Positions 8,309 through 18,032 of a stretch of DNA of 64,000 bases are shown here, piece by piece (position 1 is the stretch's first letter; every line of letters starts with the position of its first letter). The notes under the pieces are model-generated. The model did no database searches and was not told the DNA's origin. It saw only the letters and a list, made by a program, of their open reading frames with translations. The stretch covers positions 2,688,001-2,752,000 of the forward strand of contig OZ251997.1 in the NCBI GenBank assembly GCA_965247095.1, given 5' to 3'. Source of the stretch: Candidatus Multivorans sp. (GTDB lineage: Bacteria > Acidobacteriota > Thermoanaerobaculia > Multivoradales > Multivoraceae). A program made the translations under genes and the position numbers.

Positions 8309-9506
8309 CGCCGGCGTCGCCGCCCCGCGGGGCTTCGTTGCCGCCGGTGTCCACTGCGGCCTGAAGAAGGAGAAGCTGGATCTTGCGATCATCGCTTCGA
8401 CGGCGGCGGCGCCGGCAACGGTGGCGGGCGTGTTCACGCGCAACCAGGTCCAGGCCGCGCCGGTGCTCTACTGCCGCGAGGTGGCGGCCGGCGGCCGGGC
8501 CCGGGCGATCGTTGCGAACAGCGGCAACGCCAACGCCTGTACGGGTGAATCGGGTCTGGCCGATACCTGGGCCATGGCCGCGTGCGCCGGGGCGGCGCTA
8601 GAGATCGACTCAGAACACGTCCTCGTGGCTTCGACCGGTGTGATCGGCGTCCCCCTGCCGATGCCCACGGTGCTCGCCGGCATCGATCTCGCTGCTGCCG
8701 AACTGGGGCCGGACGGCGGCCAACTGGCGGCGGAAGCGATCCTGACCACGGACACGCGGCCCAAGATCGACGCCCTGAAGGTGGAACTCGCGGGCGGCGA
8801 AGTCACCATCGGCGGCATTGCCAAGGGCGCCGGCATGATGGCGCCGGACATGGCGACCACCCTGGCCTTCGTCACCACCGACGTGAAGGTGGCGCCGGCG
8901 GCGCTCGACCTCGCGCTGCGGAGAGCGGTTGAGCCGACCTTCAACAGCGTCACCGTCGACGGCGACACGAGCACGAACGACAGCATCCTGGTTCTTGCCA
9001 ACGGCGCCGCCGGTGTCGAAGCGGCCTCGGGGAAGGACCTGGAACGCTTCACCGACGCACTCGAACGTCTGTTGGGCCGCCTCGCGGTCGCCCTGATCGC
9101 CGACGGCGAGGGAGCGAACCGGGTGATCGAGGTTCGCGTAGGCGGCGCACGCACCGACGCCGCGGCGCGGCAGGTGGCGACGACGATCGCCAACTCCCCC
9201 CTGGTCAAGACGGCGTATCGCACAGGCCAGCCGAACTGGGGCCGGTTCATGGGGGCGATCGGCCGTTCGGGCGTCGACATCGTCGAACAGCGGATCGCGA
9301 TCGCGGTGTCCGTAGCGGACGATACGGTCGAGGTCGTGCGCGGCGGCCTCGGCGTCACGGACGACCTCGAACCCCTGGGCCGGGCGATGCTGGCGGACCA
9401 CTCCGTACTCCACGTCGATCTCGGGCTCGGCTCCGGCCGGTGGACGGTCTGGACCTGCGATCTGTCCGAGGGCTACATCCAGATCAACGCGAGCTACATC
9501 AGTTGA
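8304..9506 (+). CDS. argJ: Bifunctional ornithine acetyltransferase / N-acetylglutamate synthase
   Basis: NSGNANACTG, STGVIG, ILTTDT.PK, KGAGM..PDMAT, DGDTSTND, DGEGA, SPLVKTA, NWGR; GTG start at 8304. Confidence 0.96.
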   Translation: MSAGVAAPRGFVAAGVHCGLKKEKLDLAIIASTAAAPATVAGVFTRNQVQAAPVLYCREVAAGGRARAIVANSGNANACTGESGLADTWAMAACAGAALEIDSEHVLVASTGVIGVPLPMPTVLAGIDLAAAELGPDGGQLAAEAILTTDTRPKIDALKVELAGGEVTIGGIAKGAGMMAPDMATTLAFVTTDVKVAPAALDLALRRAVEPTFNSVTVDGDTSTNDSILVLANGAAGVEAASGKDLERFTDALERLLGRLAVALIADGEGANRVIEVRVGGARTDAAARQVATTIANSPLVKTAYRTGQPNWGRFMGAIGRSGVDIVEQRIAIAVSVADDTVEVVRGGLGVTDDLEPLGRAMLADHSVLHVDLGLGSGRWTVWTCDLSEGYIQINASYIS

Positions 9507-9522
9507 GGAACGGTTGCTAACG

Positions 9523-10383
9523 ATGAGAACGGAACGCGATCTGGGCCTGGAGATGGCGGTCGCGCTGCGCTACGCGTCGGCGTGGCGTGGCAAGCGGGTG
9601 GTGATCAAGTACGGCGGCCGCGCCATGGCCCGCGACGAGTTCGGCTCGCTGATCGAGGACATCGTGCTGCTCCGGAGCGCCGGCCTGCGGCCGGTGCTGG
9701 TCCACGGCGGCGGCGCCGAGATCTCGAAGACGCTCCAGATCATGGGGATCGAGCCGCGCTTCGTCGACGGCCTGCGCGTCACCGACCAGGACACGATGCG
9801 GGTGGTCGAGATGGTGCTCGGCGGTTCGGTGAACAAGCGCCTGGTGGGGATGATCCAGCGCGCCGGCGGCCGCGCCGTCGGGCTGACCGGCAAGGACGGC
9901 GACCTGCTGCGCGTGCGGCCCCATCCGCGGTCGGACGAGCTGGGCTTCGTCGGCGAGATCGAGAAGGTCGACACCTCGCTGCTCGATCAGCTCACGAACT
10001 CGGGCTACGTGCCGGTGATCGGGTCGCTCGGCGTCGGCCCGGGCGGCGAGACGTACAACATCAACGCCGACACAGCCGCCGCGGCGCTCGCCGCGGAAGT
10101 GGCGGCGGAGAAGCTCCTGCTCCTGACCAACGTGCGCGGCATCAGCGACAACGGCGAGTTCCGCTCACGGTTGACGCCCGCGCAGGCGCAGGAGCTGATC
10201 GACTCCGGCGTCGTGTCGGCCGGCATGGTGCCCAAGGTGCGGGCCTGCCTGAGCGCGCTCGAGGCCGGGGTCACAAGCGCCCACATCCTCGCCGCGAGCG
10301 AGCCGCACGGGCTCCTGGTGGAGCTGTTCACCGAGGGCGGAGTCGGCACGATGATCAAACAACCTGCGGAACCCGTGGAGTGA
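9523..10383 (+). CDS. argB: Acetylglutamate kinase
   Basis: VVIKYGG.AM, VHGGG, GLRVTD, YNINADT, GMVPKV, ELFT..GVGT. Confidence 0.96.
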   Translation: MRTERDLGLEMAVALRYASAWRGKRVVIKYGGRAMARDEFGSLIEDIVLLRSAGLRPVLVHGGGAEISKTLQIMGIEPRFVDGLRVTDQDTMRVVEMVLGGSVNKRLVGMIQRAGGRAVGLTGKDGDLLRVRPHPRSDELGFVGEIEKVDTSLLDQLTNSGYVPVIGSLGVGPGGETYNINADTAAAALAAEVAAEKLLLLTNVRGISDNGEFRSRLTPAQAQELIDSGVVSAGMVPKVRACLSALEAGVTSAHILAASEPHGLLVELFTEGGVGTMIKQPAEPVE

Positions 10384-10390
10384 CTGAAGC

Positions 10391-11569
10391 ATGACCGAGG
10401 ACAGCCTGTTCGCGAACTACAAACGGATGCCGGTGGCGTTCAGCCACGGCGACGGCGTGTTCCTCTGGGATCAGGGGGGTCGCGAGTATCTCGACTTCCT
10501 GGGCGGCATCGCGGTCTCTTCGCTGGGTCACAACCACCCCGCGCTGACCGGCGCGATCAGACGCCAGGCGGGGCGTTACCTCCACGTATCGAACCTGTAC
10601 CGGATTCCGGAGCAGGAACGGGCGGGCCGGATGCTGGTCGAGGCCACGGGCGGCGTCCTGGACCGGGCCTTCTTCTGCAACAGCGGCGCGGAGGCGGTCG
10701 AGGCGGCGATCAAGCTGGTGCGGCGCTACGCCTACGACCGCGACGGTTCGGGCGATCGGCACCGCATCGTGACCGCCGAGGGCGGCTTTCACGGCCGCAC
10801 CCTCGGCGCGCTTGCAGCGACCGGCACGCCCGCCTACCAGGTCGGGTTCAAGCCCCTGCCCGGGGGCTTCGCCGGCGTGCCGTTCGGTGACCTGGAGGCG
10901 GCCGCGGCCGAGATCGACGACACGACCTGCGCGGTGCTCATCGAGGCCATTCAGGGCGAGGCCGGCGTGATCGAACCGCCGGCGGGCTACCTCGAGGGTC
11001 TGCAGTCTCTCTGCCGGGAGCGGGGCGCCCTGTTTGTTCTCGACGAGGTGCAGACCGGGATCGGGCGGCTCGGCAGCGCCTTCGGCTTCCAGCACTACGG
11101 GCTCGAACCGGATGTGATCACCCTGGCCAAGGGGTTGGGCGGCGGCGTCCCGGTGGGCGCGGTCCTGGCGCGGGAAGAGGTTGCGGCAGCGCTCGTGCCC
11201 GGCACCCACGGAACCACCTTCGGCGGCAACCCCCTGGCGTGCTCGGCGGTGACGGCGGTGCTCGAGACAGTGCTCGATCCGGGCTTCTTGGAGCGTGTGG
11301 CGCGGGCCGGCGAGTACCTGCGCGCGCTGCTCGGACAACTCGGCGCCGGCGGCCTGGTCACCGAGGTACGGGGCCAGGGGCTGATGACCGCGATCGAATG
11401 CACGCCGGCGGCGCCCGCCGTGGCGAACCGCTGCCTGGAGAACGGCCTGATCGTCAACGCGCCGCGGCCGCACAGCATCCGCATGCTGCCGCCCCTCGTC
11501 GTCCACGACCCGGAGATCGAGCGCGCGGTCGGCATTCTCGGCCACGCGCTGGAGGAGGCCGCGGCTTGA
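10391..11569 (+). CDS. argD: Acetylornithine aminotransferase
   Basis: YLDFLGGIAV..LGH, FCNSGAEA, FHGRT, DEVQTG.GR, TLAKGLGGG, HGTTFGGNP; position in the arg operon. Confidence 0.93.
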   Translation: MTEDSLFANYKRMPVAFSHGDGVFLWDQGGREYLDFLGGIAVSSLGHNHPALTGAIRRQAGRYLHVSNLYRIPEQERAGRMLVEATGGVLDRAFFCNSGAEAVEAAIKLVRRYAYDRDGSGDRHRIVTAEGGFHGRTLGALAATGTPAYQVGFKPLPGGFAGVPFGDLEAAAAEIDDTTCAVLIEAIQGEAGVIEPPAGYLEGLQSLCRERGALFVLDEVQTGIGRLGSAFGFQHYGLEPDVITLAKGLGGGVPVGAVLAREEVAAALVPGTHGTTFGGNPLACSAVTAVLETVLDPGFLERVARAGEYLRALLGQLGAGGLVTEVRGQGLMTAIECTPAAPAVANRCLENGLIVNAPRPHSIRMLPPLVVHDPEIERAVGILGHALEEAAA

Positions 11570-13086
11570 GCGCGCGAGACCCGGGAGGAAGGGCGGGGCC
11601 GACCGCTGCGCCCCGGTTGTGGGGCGGCGCCTTCGAATCGGAGGTCGATCCGGTCATTGACGCGTATACGCGGTCGCTGCCGTTCGACCACCGGCTCGCG
11701 GCAGCGGACCTGGTGGGGTGCCTGGCCCATGCCCGGATGCTCTCCGAGACCGGCGTGATCGACCGCGAGTCGTCCCGCGCGATCCTCGAAGGTCTCAGTT
11801 CCCTGCTGCGGCGGATCGAGGCGGGGGAGCTCGAGGTCGGCGGTGCGGACGAGGACGTTCACACCTGGATCGAACGGCAGCTCACCGAAGAGGTCGGCGA
11901 CGCGGGCCGGCGTCTGCACACCGCGCGCAGCCGGAACGACCAGACGGCCGTGGCGCTGCGGCTGTGGCAACGGTCCGAGGTCGAGCGCGCGGTCGCGGCG
12001 GCCGCGGGCTTCGCCGGCGCCCTGATCCACCACGCCCGGCAGCACAAAGGTACCGCGCTGCCGGGCTACACCCACCTGCAGCGCGCCCAGCCGACCAGTC
12101 TTGCGCAGCATCTGCTGGCCCACGCGTGGTCCGTTCTGGCCGACGCCGGGCGGCTGCGGCGGGCGCATCGAACGGCGGGACTCTGCCCCCTGGGCGCGGG
12201 CGCGATGGCAGGGTCGCCGCACCGGATCGACCCCCGACGGAGCGCCGAGCTGCTCGGCATGGAGGCGCCGTACCCGAACACCATGTGGGCGGTGGCGGAC
12301 CGCGACTACGCCGCCGAGGCGCTCTTCGCCTGCGCGCTCACCATGGTGCACCTCTCGCGCTGGGCCGAGGAGGTCGTGCTGTGGACGTCCCGCGAGTTCG
12401 GCTTCGCCCGGCTGCAGGACCGGGCCGCCAAGGGTTCGAGCATCATGCCGCAGAAGAAGAACCCGGAGCCGGCGGAGATCCTGCGCGGCAAGTCGGGCCG
12501 CGCGATCGGCGACCTCGTTTCGTTGCTGGTGACGGTCAAGGGCCTGCCGCTCACCTACAACAGCGACCTGCAGGAGGACAAGGAGGCGCTTTTCGACGCC
12601 TTCGACACGGTGTGCGCCTCGCTCGAGGTGGCCCGGGTGCTTGGCGAGAGCCTGGACTTCGATCGTGAAGCGATGGCGGCCGCGCTCGAAGGTTCCTACA
12701 TCACCGCCACCGATCTGGCCGACCATCTCGCCGTCGCCGGCGTGCCGTTCCGCAGCGCCCACGAGCGCACCGGCGCCGTGGTTCGGGCCGCCGAGGAGCG
12801 GGGCGTGGAGCTGTGGCAACTCCCGGCCTCGGAGCTTCGGGAACTCGTTCCCGAGATCGGGGACATCGACGGACTCTTGGCGGCGCTTCGCCCGGAAGCC
12901 TCGCTCGCCGCCCACAGGAGCTACGGCGGGCCGGCGCCGGAACGGGTCGCCGAGCAGATCGAACTCGCCGCGGCACGGTTGGAGGAGGAACGCCGGTGGC
13001 TGGAGGCACAGGAACCGCCGCCGGTCTACCGCGCTCACCTGGACGGCGAGCTGATGGCGGAGGCGATCCCGGGGGACGGCGCATGA
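11566..13086 (+). CDS. argH: Argininosuccinate lyase
   Basis: LWGGAF, LHTARSRNDQ, PGYTHLQRAQP, GSSIMPQKKNP, YNSDLQEDKE; TTG start overlapping the argD stop. Confidence 0.96.
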   Translation: MSARDPGGRAGPTAAPRLWGGAFESEVDPVIDAYTRSLPFDHRLAAADLVGCLAHARMLSETGVIDRESSRAILEGLSSLLRRIEAGELEVGGADEDVHTWIERQLTEEVGDAGRRLHTARSRNDQTAVALRLWQRSEVERAVAAAAGFAGALIHHARQHKGTALPGYTHLQRAQPTSLAQHLLAHAWSVLADAGRLRRAHRTAGLCPLGAGAMAGSPHRIDPRRSAELLGMEAPYPNTMWAVADRDYAAEALFACALTMVHLSRWAEEVVLWTSREFGFARLQDRAAKGSSIMPQKKNPEPAEILRGKSGRAIGDLVSLLVTVKGLPLTYNSDLQEDKEALFDAFDTVCASLEVARVLGESLDFDREAMAAALEGSYITATDLADHLAVAGVPFRSAHERTGAVVRAAEERGVELWQLPASELRELVPEIGDIDGLLAALRPEASLAAHRSYGGPAPERVAEQIELAAARLEEERRWLEAQEPPPVYRAHLDGELMAEAIPGDGA

Positions 13087-13541
13087 GTCCGGCGATTCGG
13101 CGCGGCGCGATCCTCGACATCATCGGCGAGCGGCCGGTGTCGAGTCACAAGGAACTCGTGCGGGCGCTCGACCGGCGCGGTATCCGAGTGTCCCAGGCCA
13201 CCGTGTCGCGCGACGTGCGCCGTCTCGGCCTGGTCAAGGTGCCGCTCGCGGGCGGCGGCTCGCGCTACGCGCCGGCGGAGCAGGCCGCGAGCCCGCCCCG
13301 GCGCGACATCGAGCGGGCGCTGCGCCAGTTCGTGACCGGGTTCGACCAGGGCGAGGCGCTGATCGTGCTCAAGACCCGCAGCGGCCACGCCAACGCCCTC
13401 GCCGTCGCCCTCGACCAGACCGACTGGCCCGAAGTCGCCGGCACCCTCGCCGGCGACGACACTGTCCTCGTCGTCGTCAAGAGCGCCGCCGACCGGGAAC
13501 GCATTCGCGAGTCGCTCGCAGCGCTGCTGGAAGGCGACTGA
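13083..13541 (+). CDS. argR: Arginine repressor
   Basis: VSQATVSRD and GTLAGDDT motifs; ATGA overlap with argH. Confidence 0.95.
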   Translation: MSPAIRRGAILDIIGERPVSSHKELVRALDRRGIRVSQATVSRDVRRLGLVKVPLAGGGSRYAPAEQAASPPRRDIERALRQFVTGFDQGEALIVLKTRSGHANALAVALDQTDWPEVAGTLAGDDTVLVVVKSAADRERIRESLAALLEGD

Positions 13542-13619
13542 GCTGGCGGGAGTAGTATCGAGGTAGCCGTACGGCGTCGGCCGAGCGGCAGGGATAAGAG
13601 TCAGGCGATGTAGTCCGAG

Positions 13620-15136
13620 ATGCCGCGACCAAACGCCTTCAAGGCAAACGCCAGCTTCTTCAGGATGATCGCCCTGGGTGCCGTGGGCGCTCAGGGCGTT
13701 CAGGACCACCTGAGCGCGTTTGGACACGAGATGGTGGAACTAGAGCGCGGTTCACTCTCGACGAAGATCTGGCAAGACGTGAAGAGAAAGCGGGTCCGGA
13801 TACCGGACCTGTGCTGCACGCTATGTGGTGTTCGAGTGGAGTCGCGAGCGAAGACAAGGCCCGACTTGCGAATGTCGCACTCTACGCAAGACGCGGAACG
13901 TGCTTGGGACTACGGCATGCTCGACGGCGACTGGGTTGCATTTCCCGTTCTTTCGTCGCAAGAAGACTACTGGAGCGCGGGGGCGCTTGATGCGGAGCGT
14001 TCGCTCTGGCGCGAGCGGATCCGCACTTCGTGGAAGAGCGACGGCTATCTCAACTTTTTTGAAGTGGCGTCATTTCGAGGTGTGCCGTTTGAGCAAATCG
14101 GGCGCAAGGGGGTCACCGAAGGTTCGGAGATCCAGATCAAATGGTCGGCGCGTTTTGCTCCTGAGGATGGTCGCGTCACACGGCTGGAAGAGAAGAAGAT
14201 TCACTACACGACCGTTGGCGCCCCCGAGCGTCAGAGGCACTATCGCCTCGGCTCGAGCCTGAGTCCGGTTCTTCACGAAGGACAGAGGTTCGAGAAACAC
14301 CAAGTCATAGCTGCCCAGGCGCCTTCGCTGGACGTGGCGGAGCTGCAGTGTCGTGGGGGGTGCGATCGGCGACGCATTGCGGAGATGATTCGGTCGCGCG
14401 AGCGTACGAGTCGCTTTACAGGGTGCAAGCTGGCAAGGCTCCTGAGGAGCGGGACACTGGTGGACGCGATTCGGGAACTGGCTCAGGACGCCGTGGAAGA
14501 CACCTATGTTCGGATGGAAGCGCGGTCGTTTCTCTGTGCTGTAGCGGGCGAGAATGCCGATGTTTGGTTTCGCGAGATTCTGCTCGACCACCCAGACGAT
14601 CAGATGCGGCTGGAAGCCGTTGTCGCGCTTGCAGAGGTGCAGACACCGAGTGCCTTCAGGCTGTTGAGTCTCGTCCTGGAGGATCGGACGCAGGCTCTGT
14701 ACCTGCGGAGCGCATGCGCTTGGGCCATCGGCTGCCACCCCACGCGGGACGCCGCCGAGTGCCTAGTCCGCGCATTCTCGGATATCAGTGTGGAGGTGCG
14801 CAGCGAGGCGCTGGCGGCGCTCGAGAATCTGGCCGACTCAGGGCTCCAGGCTCTCGTTGCCGGCCTTGGCCATAGCTCGACCGGCATAGCTGCGGGTCAG
14901 CCGAGGCAATTCGCAGAATCGGTCGCCTTCCCAGGAGTCAGGTTGAGCGGGTCGTCGAGATGGCGGAGAGCAGCCGGTCAACTTGGCCGACATGGGCCTT
15001 GGGCCATCTTCCGAGCGACGACGTGAAGCCCCTCATCGCGACGCTTCAGGAGAGACGCCCCGACGTTCACTTTGCGCTCTCGGTGTTGTGGACCTTCCTG
15101 GAGAGCTGGGTGTCAAGAGACTGGTCGGCGCGATGA
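13620..15136 (+). pseudogene. Putative restriction-type nuclease (PD...E with CxxC) fused to C-terminal HEAT repeats; single frameshift near 14896
   Basis: IPDLCCTLCGVRVESRAK near the N-terminus; HEAT-like repeats (VRMEA, MRLEAVVALAEV, LRSACAWAIG, VRSEALAALENL). The -1 frame from 14897 (SAEAIRRIG...WSAR*) ends in TGA overlapping the MTase ATG. Could be a sequencing error rather than a true pseudogene. Confidence 0.6.
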
Positions 15137-16158
15137 GCGACCTGTTAGGGACTGGCCCTTGCTCCGAACTGAACCTGTGTCACACCCCTGTGTACCAGAC
15201 CCGCTATGGGGCTTGCTACCTCGGCGACTCGCTGAAGCTGATTCGCGAAATTCCGGCCGAATCGGTCGACTTAGTCGTGACCTCTCCGCCGTTTGCGCTG
15301 CTCAGGCAGAAGGCATACGGCAACAAGGGGCAGGCCGAGTACGTGGATTGGTTGTGTGAGTTCGGTGGGGAGGTCCTTCGTGTCCTTCGTGACACGGGGA
15401 GTTTCGTCCTAGATCTCGGTGGCGCCTACAAGCGGGGAGTGCCCGTTCGTTCTCTCTATCAGTATCGTGTTCTGCTGAAGCGATGTGACGAGACTGGCTT
15501 CCACCTCGCGGAAGAGTTCTTCTGGCACAACCCGGCGAAGCTACCTTCGCCAATCGAGTGGGTGAACAAGCGAAAGATACGAGCCAAGGACTCGGTGGAT
15601 ACCGTTTGGTGGCTTTCGAAGACGGAGTGGCCAAAGGCAGATGTTAGACGAGTGGTGGTTCCCTACTCGGAACGTATGAAGAAGCTCCTGCGAAACCCAG
15701 AGAGCTTCTACAGCCCCAAGAAGAGGCCATCCGGCCACGAGATCGGCAAGAGCTTCGAAGCAGAGAACAAGGGCGCAATACCTCCCAATCTCCTTCAGAT
15801 CGCAAACACGGACAGCAACTCTACGTACCTGCGTCTTGCGAAGCTCTTAGGGGTTAAGAGACATCCAGCCCGTTTTCCTCTGGGTCTTCCCAAGTTCTTT
15901 GTCGCCTTCCTTACCGATCCGGGTGATCTGGTTCTGGACATATTTGCTGGGTCAAACACGACCGGAAGAGCCGCAGAGGAACTCGGCCGCAGATGGGTCG
16001 CAGTGGAGATTGACAAGGACTACGCCGCCGGCTCGGCCCTTCGCTTCATGGATCGACTGCGTTCGTCCGAGGTGCGAGAGACGTTTGACCGAGTATGTCG
16101 GGGAGAGGCACCAGATTTGTCGGGACCGCCGTCGTTGTGGGAGCAGGTGGCTCCTTAG
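15133..16158 (+). CDS. Beta-class N4-cytosine DNA methyltransferase, M.PvuII-like
   Basis: TSPPFAL, NPAKLPSPIEWVNKRKIRAKD, WWLSKTEWPK, RPSGHEIGKSF, IPPNLLQI, HPARFP, DIFAGSNTTG; colinear with M.PvuII as I recall it. Confidence 0.9.
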   Translation: MSDLLGTGPCSELNLCHTPVYQTRYGACYLGDSLKLIREIPAESVDLVVTSPPFALLRQKAYGNKGQAEYVDWLCEFGGEVLRVLRDTGSFVLDLGGAYKRGVPVRSLYQYRVLLKRCDETGFHLAEEFFWHNPAKLPSPIEWVNKRKIRAKDSVDTVWWLSKTEWPKADVRRVVVPYSERMKKLLRNPESFYSPKKRPSGHEIGKSFEAENKGAIPPNLLQIANTDSNSTYLRLAKLLGVKRHPARFPLGLPKFFVAFLTDPGDLVLDIFAGSNTTGRAAEELGRRWVAVEIDKDYAAGSALRFMDRLRSSEVRETFDRVCRGEAPDLSGPPSLWEQVAP

Positions 16159-16192
16159 GCCCTAAGGGTGATTCGCGCCGAGGGCGGCAACT

Positions 16193-16822
16193 TCAGCCGC
16201 CCTGAACAGCCCGCCGCACCTGCCAGGACTGCCGCGTCTCCTGCGACGAGAAGCGCTGCTCCGCCCAGGGATCGCCGTAGGTGTGGTACCCGTTCTCCTC
16301 CCAGAAGCCCCGCTCGTCGGCGTTCAGGAACTCGATGCCGGAGACCCACTTGGCGCTCTTCCAGGCGTAGAGGTGGGGCACCACCAGGCGCAACGGACCG
16401 CCGTGGTCGGGCGCCAGCGGTTCGCCGCCGTGACGGTCGGCGAACAGGGCGTGCTCGGACAGCAGGTCTTTGAGCGGCAGGTTCGTGGTGTAGCCGCCGT
16501 AGCAGTGGAGCATCGCGTGGGTGGCGTCGGCGGTGGGCCGCACGGCCGCCAGGACGTCCCGGGTCGAGAACCCCGACCACGGGTTGTCCAGGGTCGAGAA
16601 GCGGGTCACGCAGTGGAAGTCGGCGACGACCTTGCGGCGCGGCAGCGCCTGGAGCGCCTGCCAGTCGAACGCGTGCTCGGATTCGACACGCCCGAACAGG
16701 CGCAGCGCGAACCGGGCCGGATCCACCTCCGGCGTGTCGCCGCAGGAGAGCACGGGCCACTTCTTGGTCACGTACTGGCCGGGGGGCACGCGGTCGTCGC
16801 CGCGATGGGGCGCGTCGTTCAT
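16193..16822 (-). CDS. Sulfite oxidase-like molybdopterin oxidoreductase (YuiH-like)
   Basis: PPGQ....WPVL, DFHCVT.FS, HGGPLRLVVPHLYAWKSAKW, GFWEENGYH.YGDPW. Confidence 0.9.
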   Translation of the reverse strand: MNDAPHRGDDRVPPGQYVTKKWPVLSCGDTPEVDPARFALRLFGRVESEHAFDWQALQALPRRKVVADFHCVTRFSTLDNPWSGFSTRDVLAAVRPTADATHAMLHCYGGYTTNLPLKDLLSEHALFADRHGGEPLAPDHGGPLRLVVPHLYAWKSAKWVSGIEFLNADERGFWEENGYHTYGDPWAEQRFSSQETRQSWQVRRAVQGG

Positions 16823-16866
16823 CGCGGCGGAGAATACATGGCGACGAGTGCTCGGTGCTGAGTCTG

Positions 16867-16912
16867 TCCTGGGAACGCGGGCATCCTGCCCGCATCGGGC
16901 GCGAAGCGCCCG
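16867..16912. repeat. REP-like palindrome
   Basis: TCCTGGGAACGCGGGCATCCTGCCCGCATC followed by hairpin CGGGCGC-GAA-GCGCCCG; same family as 45079-45108 and 151-245. Confidence 0.7.
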
Positions 16913-16950
16913 CTCGGTGATCCCTCAAACGCTGCAATACAGGCCACCGG

Positions 16951-16980
16951 TTGTCAAAGGTGAGTATTCTGGTCAACAAT
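16951..16980. promoter_or_regulatory. Putative promoter / Rrf2-family (IscR/CymR-like) operator upstream of cysteine synthase
   Basis: AT-rich patch; minus strand ATTGTTGACCAGAATACTCACCTTT resembles IscR type-1 sites; TTGTCA -35-like hexamer at 16951. Confidence 0.4.
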
Positions 16981-17033
16981 TCCCGGTCGCCGCTTTCGCC
17001 GCCCCGTCGGCGCGGTGAACGGGCGTCTTCATC

Positions 17034-18032
17034 ATGATCACCGAACCTTCTCTCGCGGCCTCCGCCGCCCCGCTGGCCGGCCCGCCGATTCCGGCGGGAC
17101 TGAATGACGCCGCCCGGCGGCTGCTGTCCCGGATAGGCAACACGCCGCTGCTCGACCTCAGTCACGCGCTGGGGCCGGCTGCGCGGGCCCTTGGCTCGGA
17201 GCTGCTGGCCAAGGCGGAGATGGCGAACCCCGGCGGCTCGGTGAAGGACCGTCCCGCGCGCCACATGATTCTGGCGGCGCGCGATGCCGGTCGGCTCGAG
17301 GAAGGCCGCCGCATCCTGGATGCGACCTCCGGCAACACCGGCATCGCCCTCGCCATGATCGGGGCGGCGATGGACGTCGGCGTCACGCTGTGCCTACCGA
17401 AGAACGCCTCGATCGAGCGGCGGCGCATTCTGGGCGCGTTCGGGGCCGAGCTCGTCCTCACCGATCCGATGGAGGGCGCGGACGGTGCGATCCGCGAGGC
17501 GCATCGGATGATCGAGGCGTCGCCGGCTGACTTCTGCTACGTCGACCAGTACAGCAACCCCGCCAACTGGCGGGCTCACTTCGAAACCACCGGGCCCGAG
17601 ATCTGGCTGCAGACCGAAGGTCGCCTGACCCACTTTGTCGCCGGTCTGGGGACCAGCGGCACCTTCTGCGGCACCGGGCGGTATCTGGCCGAGCGGGCGC
17701 CTCAGGTCCGGCTCATCTCGATGCAGCCGGACGGACCGTTCCACGGGTTGGAGGGGATGAAGCACATGCCCAGCTCCCTCGTGCCCGCGATCTACGACTC
17801 CAGGATCGCCCACGAGGAGACCGCGGTGAGCACGGAGGACGCGTACGCCGAGGTCAAGGCGCTGGCGCGCCGGAGCGGTCTCCTGGTCGGCATCTCGGCG
17901 GCGGCGAACGTGGTCGCGGCCCGGCGGATCGCCGAGCGCGCGGCCGGGGCCGGGGAACGCGCTGTCGCCGTCACCATTCTCTGCGACGGCGCCGACAAGT
18001 ATCTTTCCGAGCCGTTCTGGGACGAATCCTGA
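17034..18032 (+). CDS. cysM: PLP-dependent cysteine synthase (CysM-like)
   Basis: IGNTPL, KAE..NPGGSVKDR, ATSGNTG, DQYSNPAN, TTGPEIW, GLGTSGT, KYLSE.FW. Confidence 0.88.
   Translation: MITEPSLAASAAPLAGPPIPAGLNDAARRLLSRIGNTPLLDLSHALGPAARALGSELLAKAEMANPGGSVKDRPARHMILAARDAGRLEEGRRILDATSGNTGIALAMIGAAMDVGVTLCLPKNASIERRRILGAFGAELVLTDPMEGADGAIREAHRMIEASPADFCYVDQYSNPANWRAHFETTGPEIWLQTEGRLTHFVAGLGTSGTFCGTGRYLAERAPQVRLISMQPDGPFHGLEGMKHMPSSLVPAIYDSRIAHEETAVSTEDAYAEVKALARRSGLLVGISAAANVVAARRIAERAAGAGERAVAVTILCDGADKYLSEPFWDES

Noticed and set aside
14983-15132. N-terminal extension of the methyltransferase
   Set aside because: This region is better explained as the -1 frame C-terminus of the upstream gene; ATG 15133 forms an ATGA overlap
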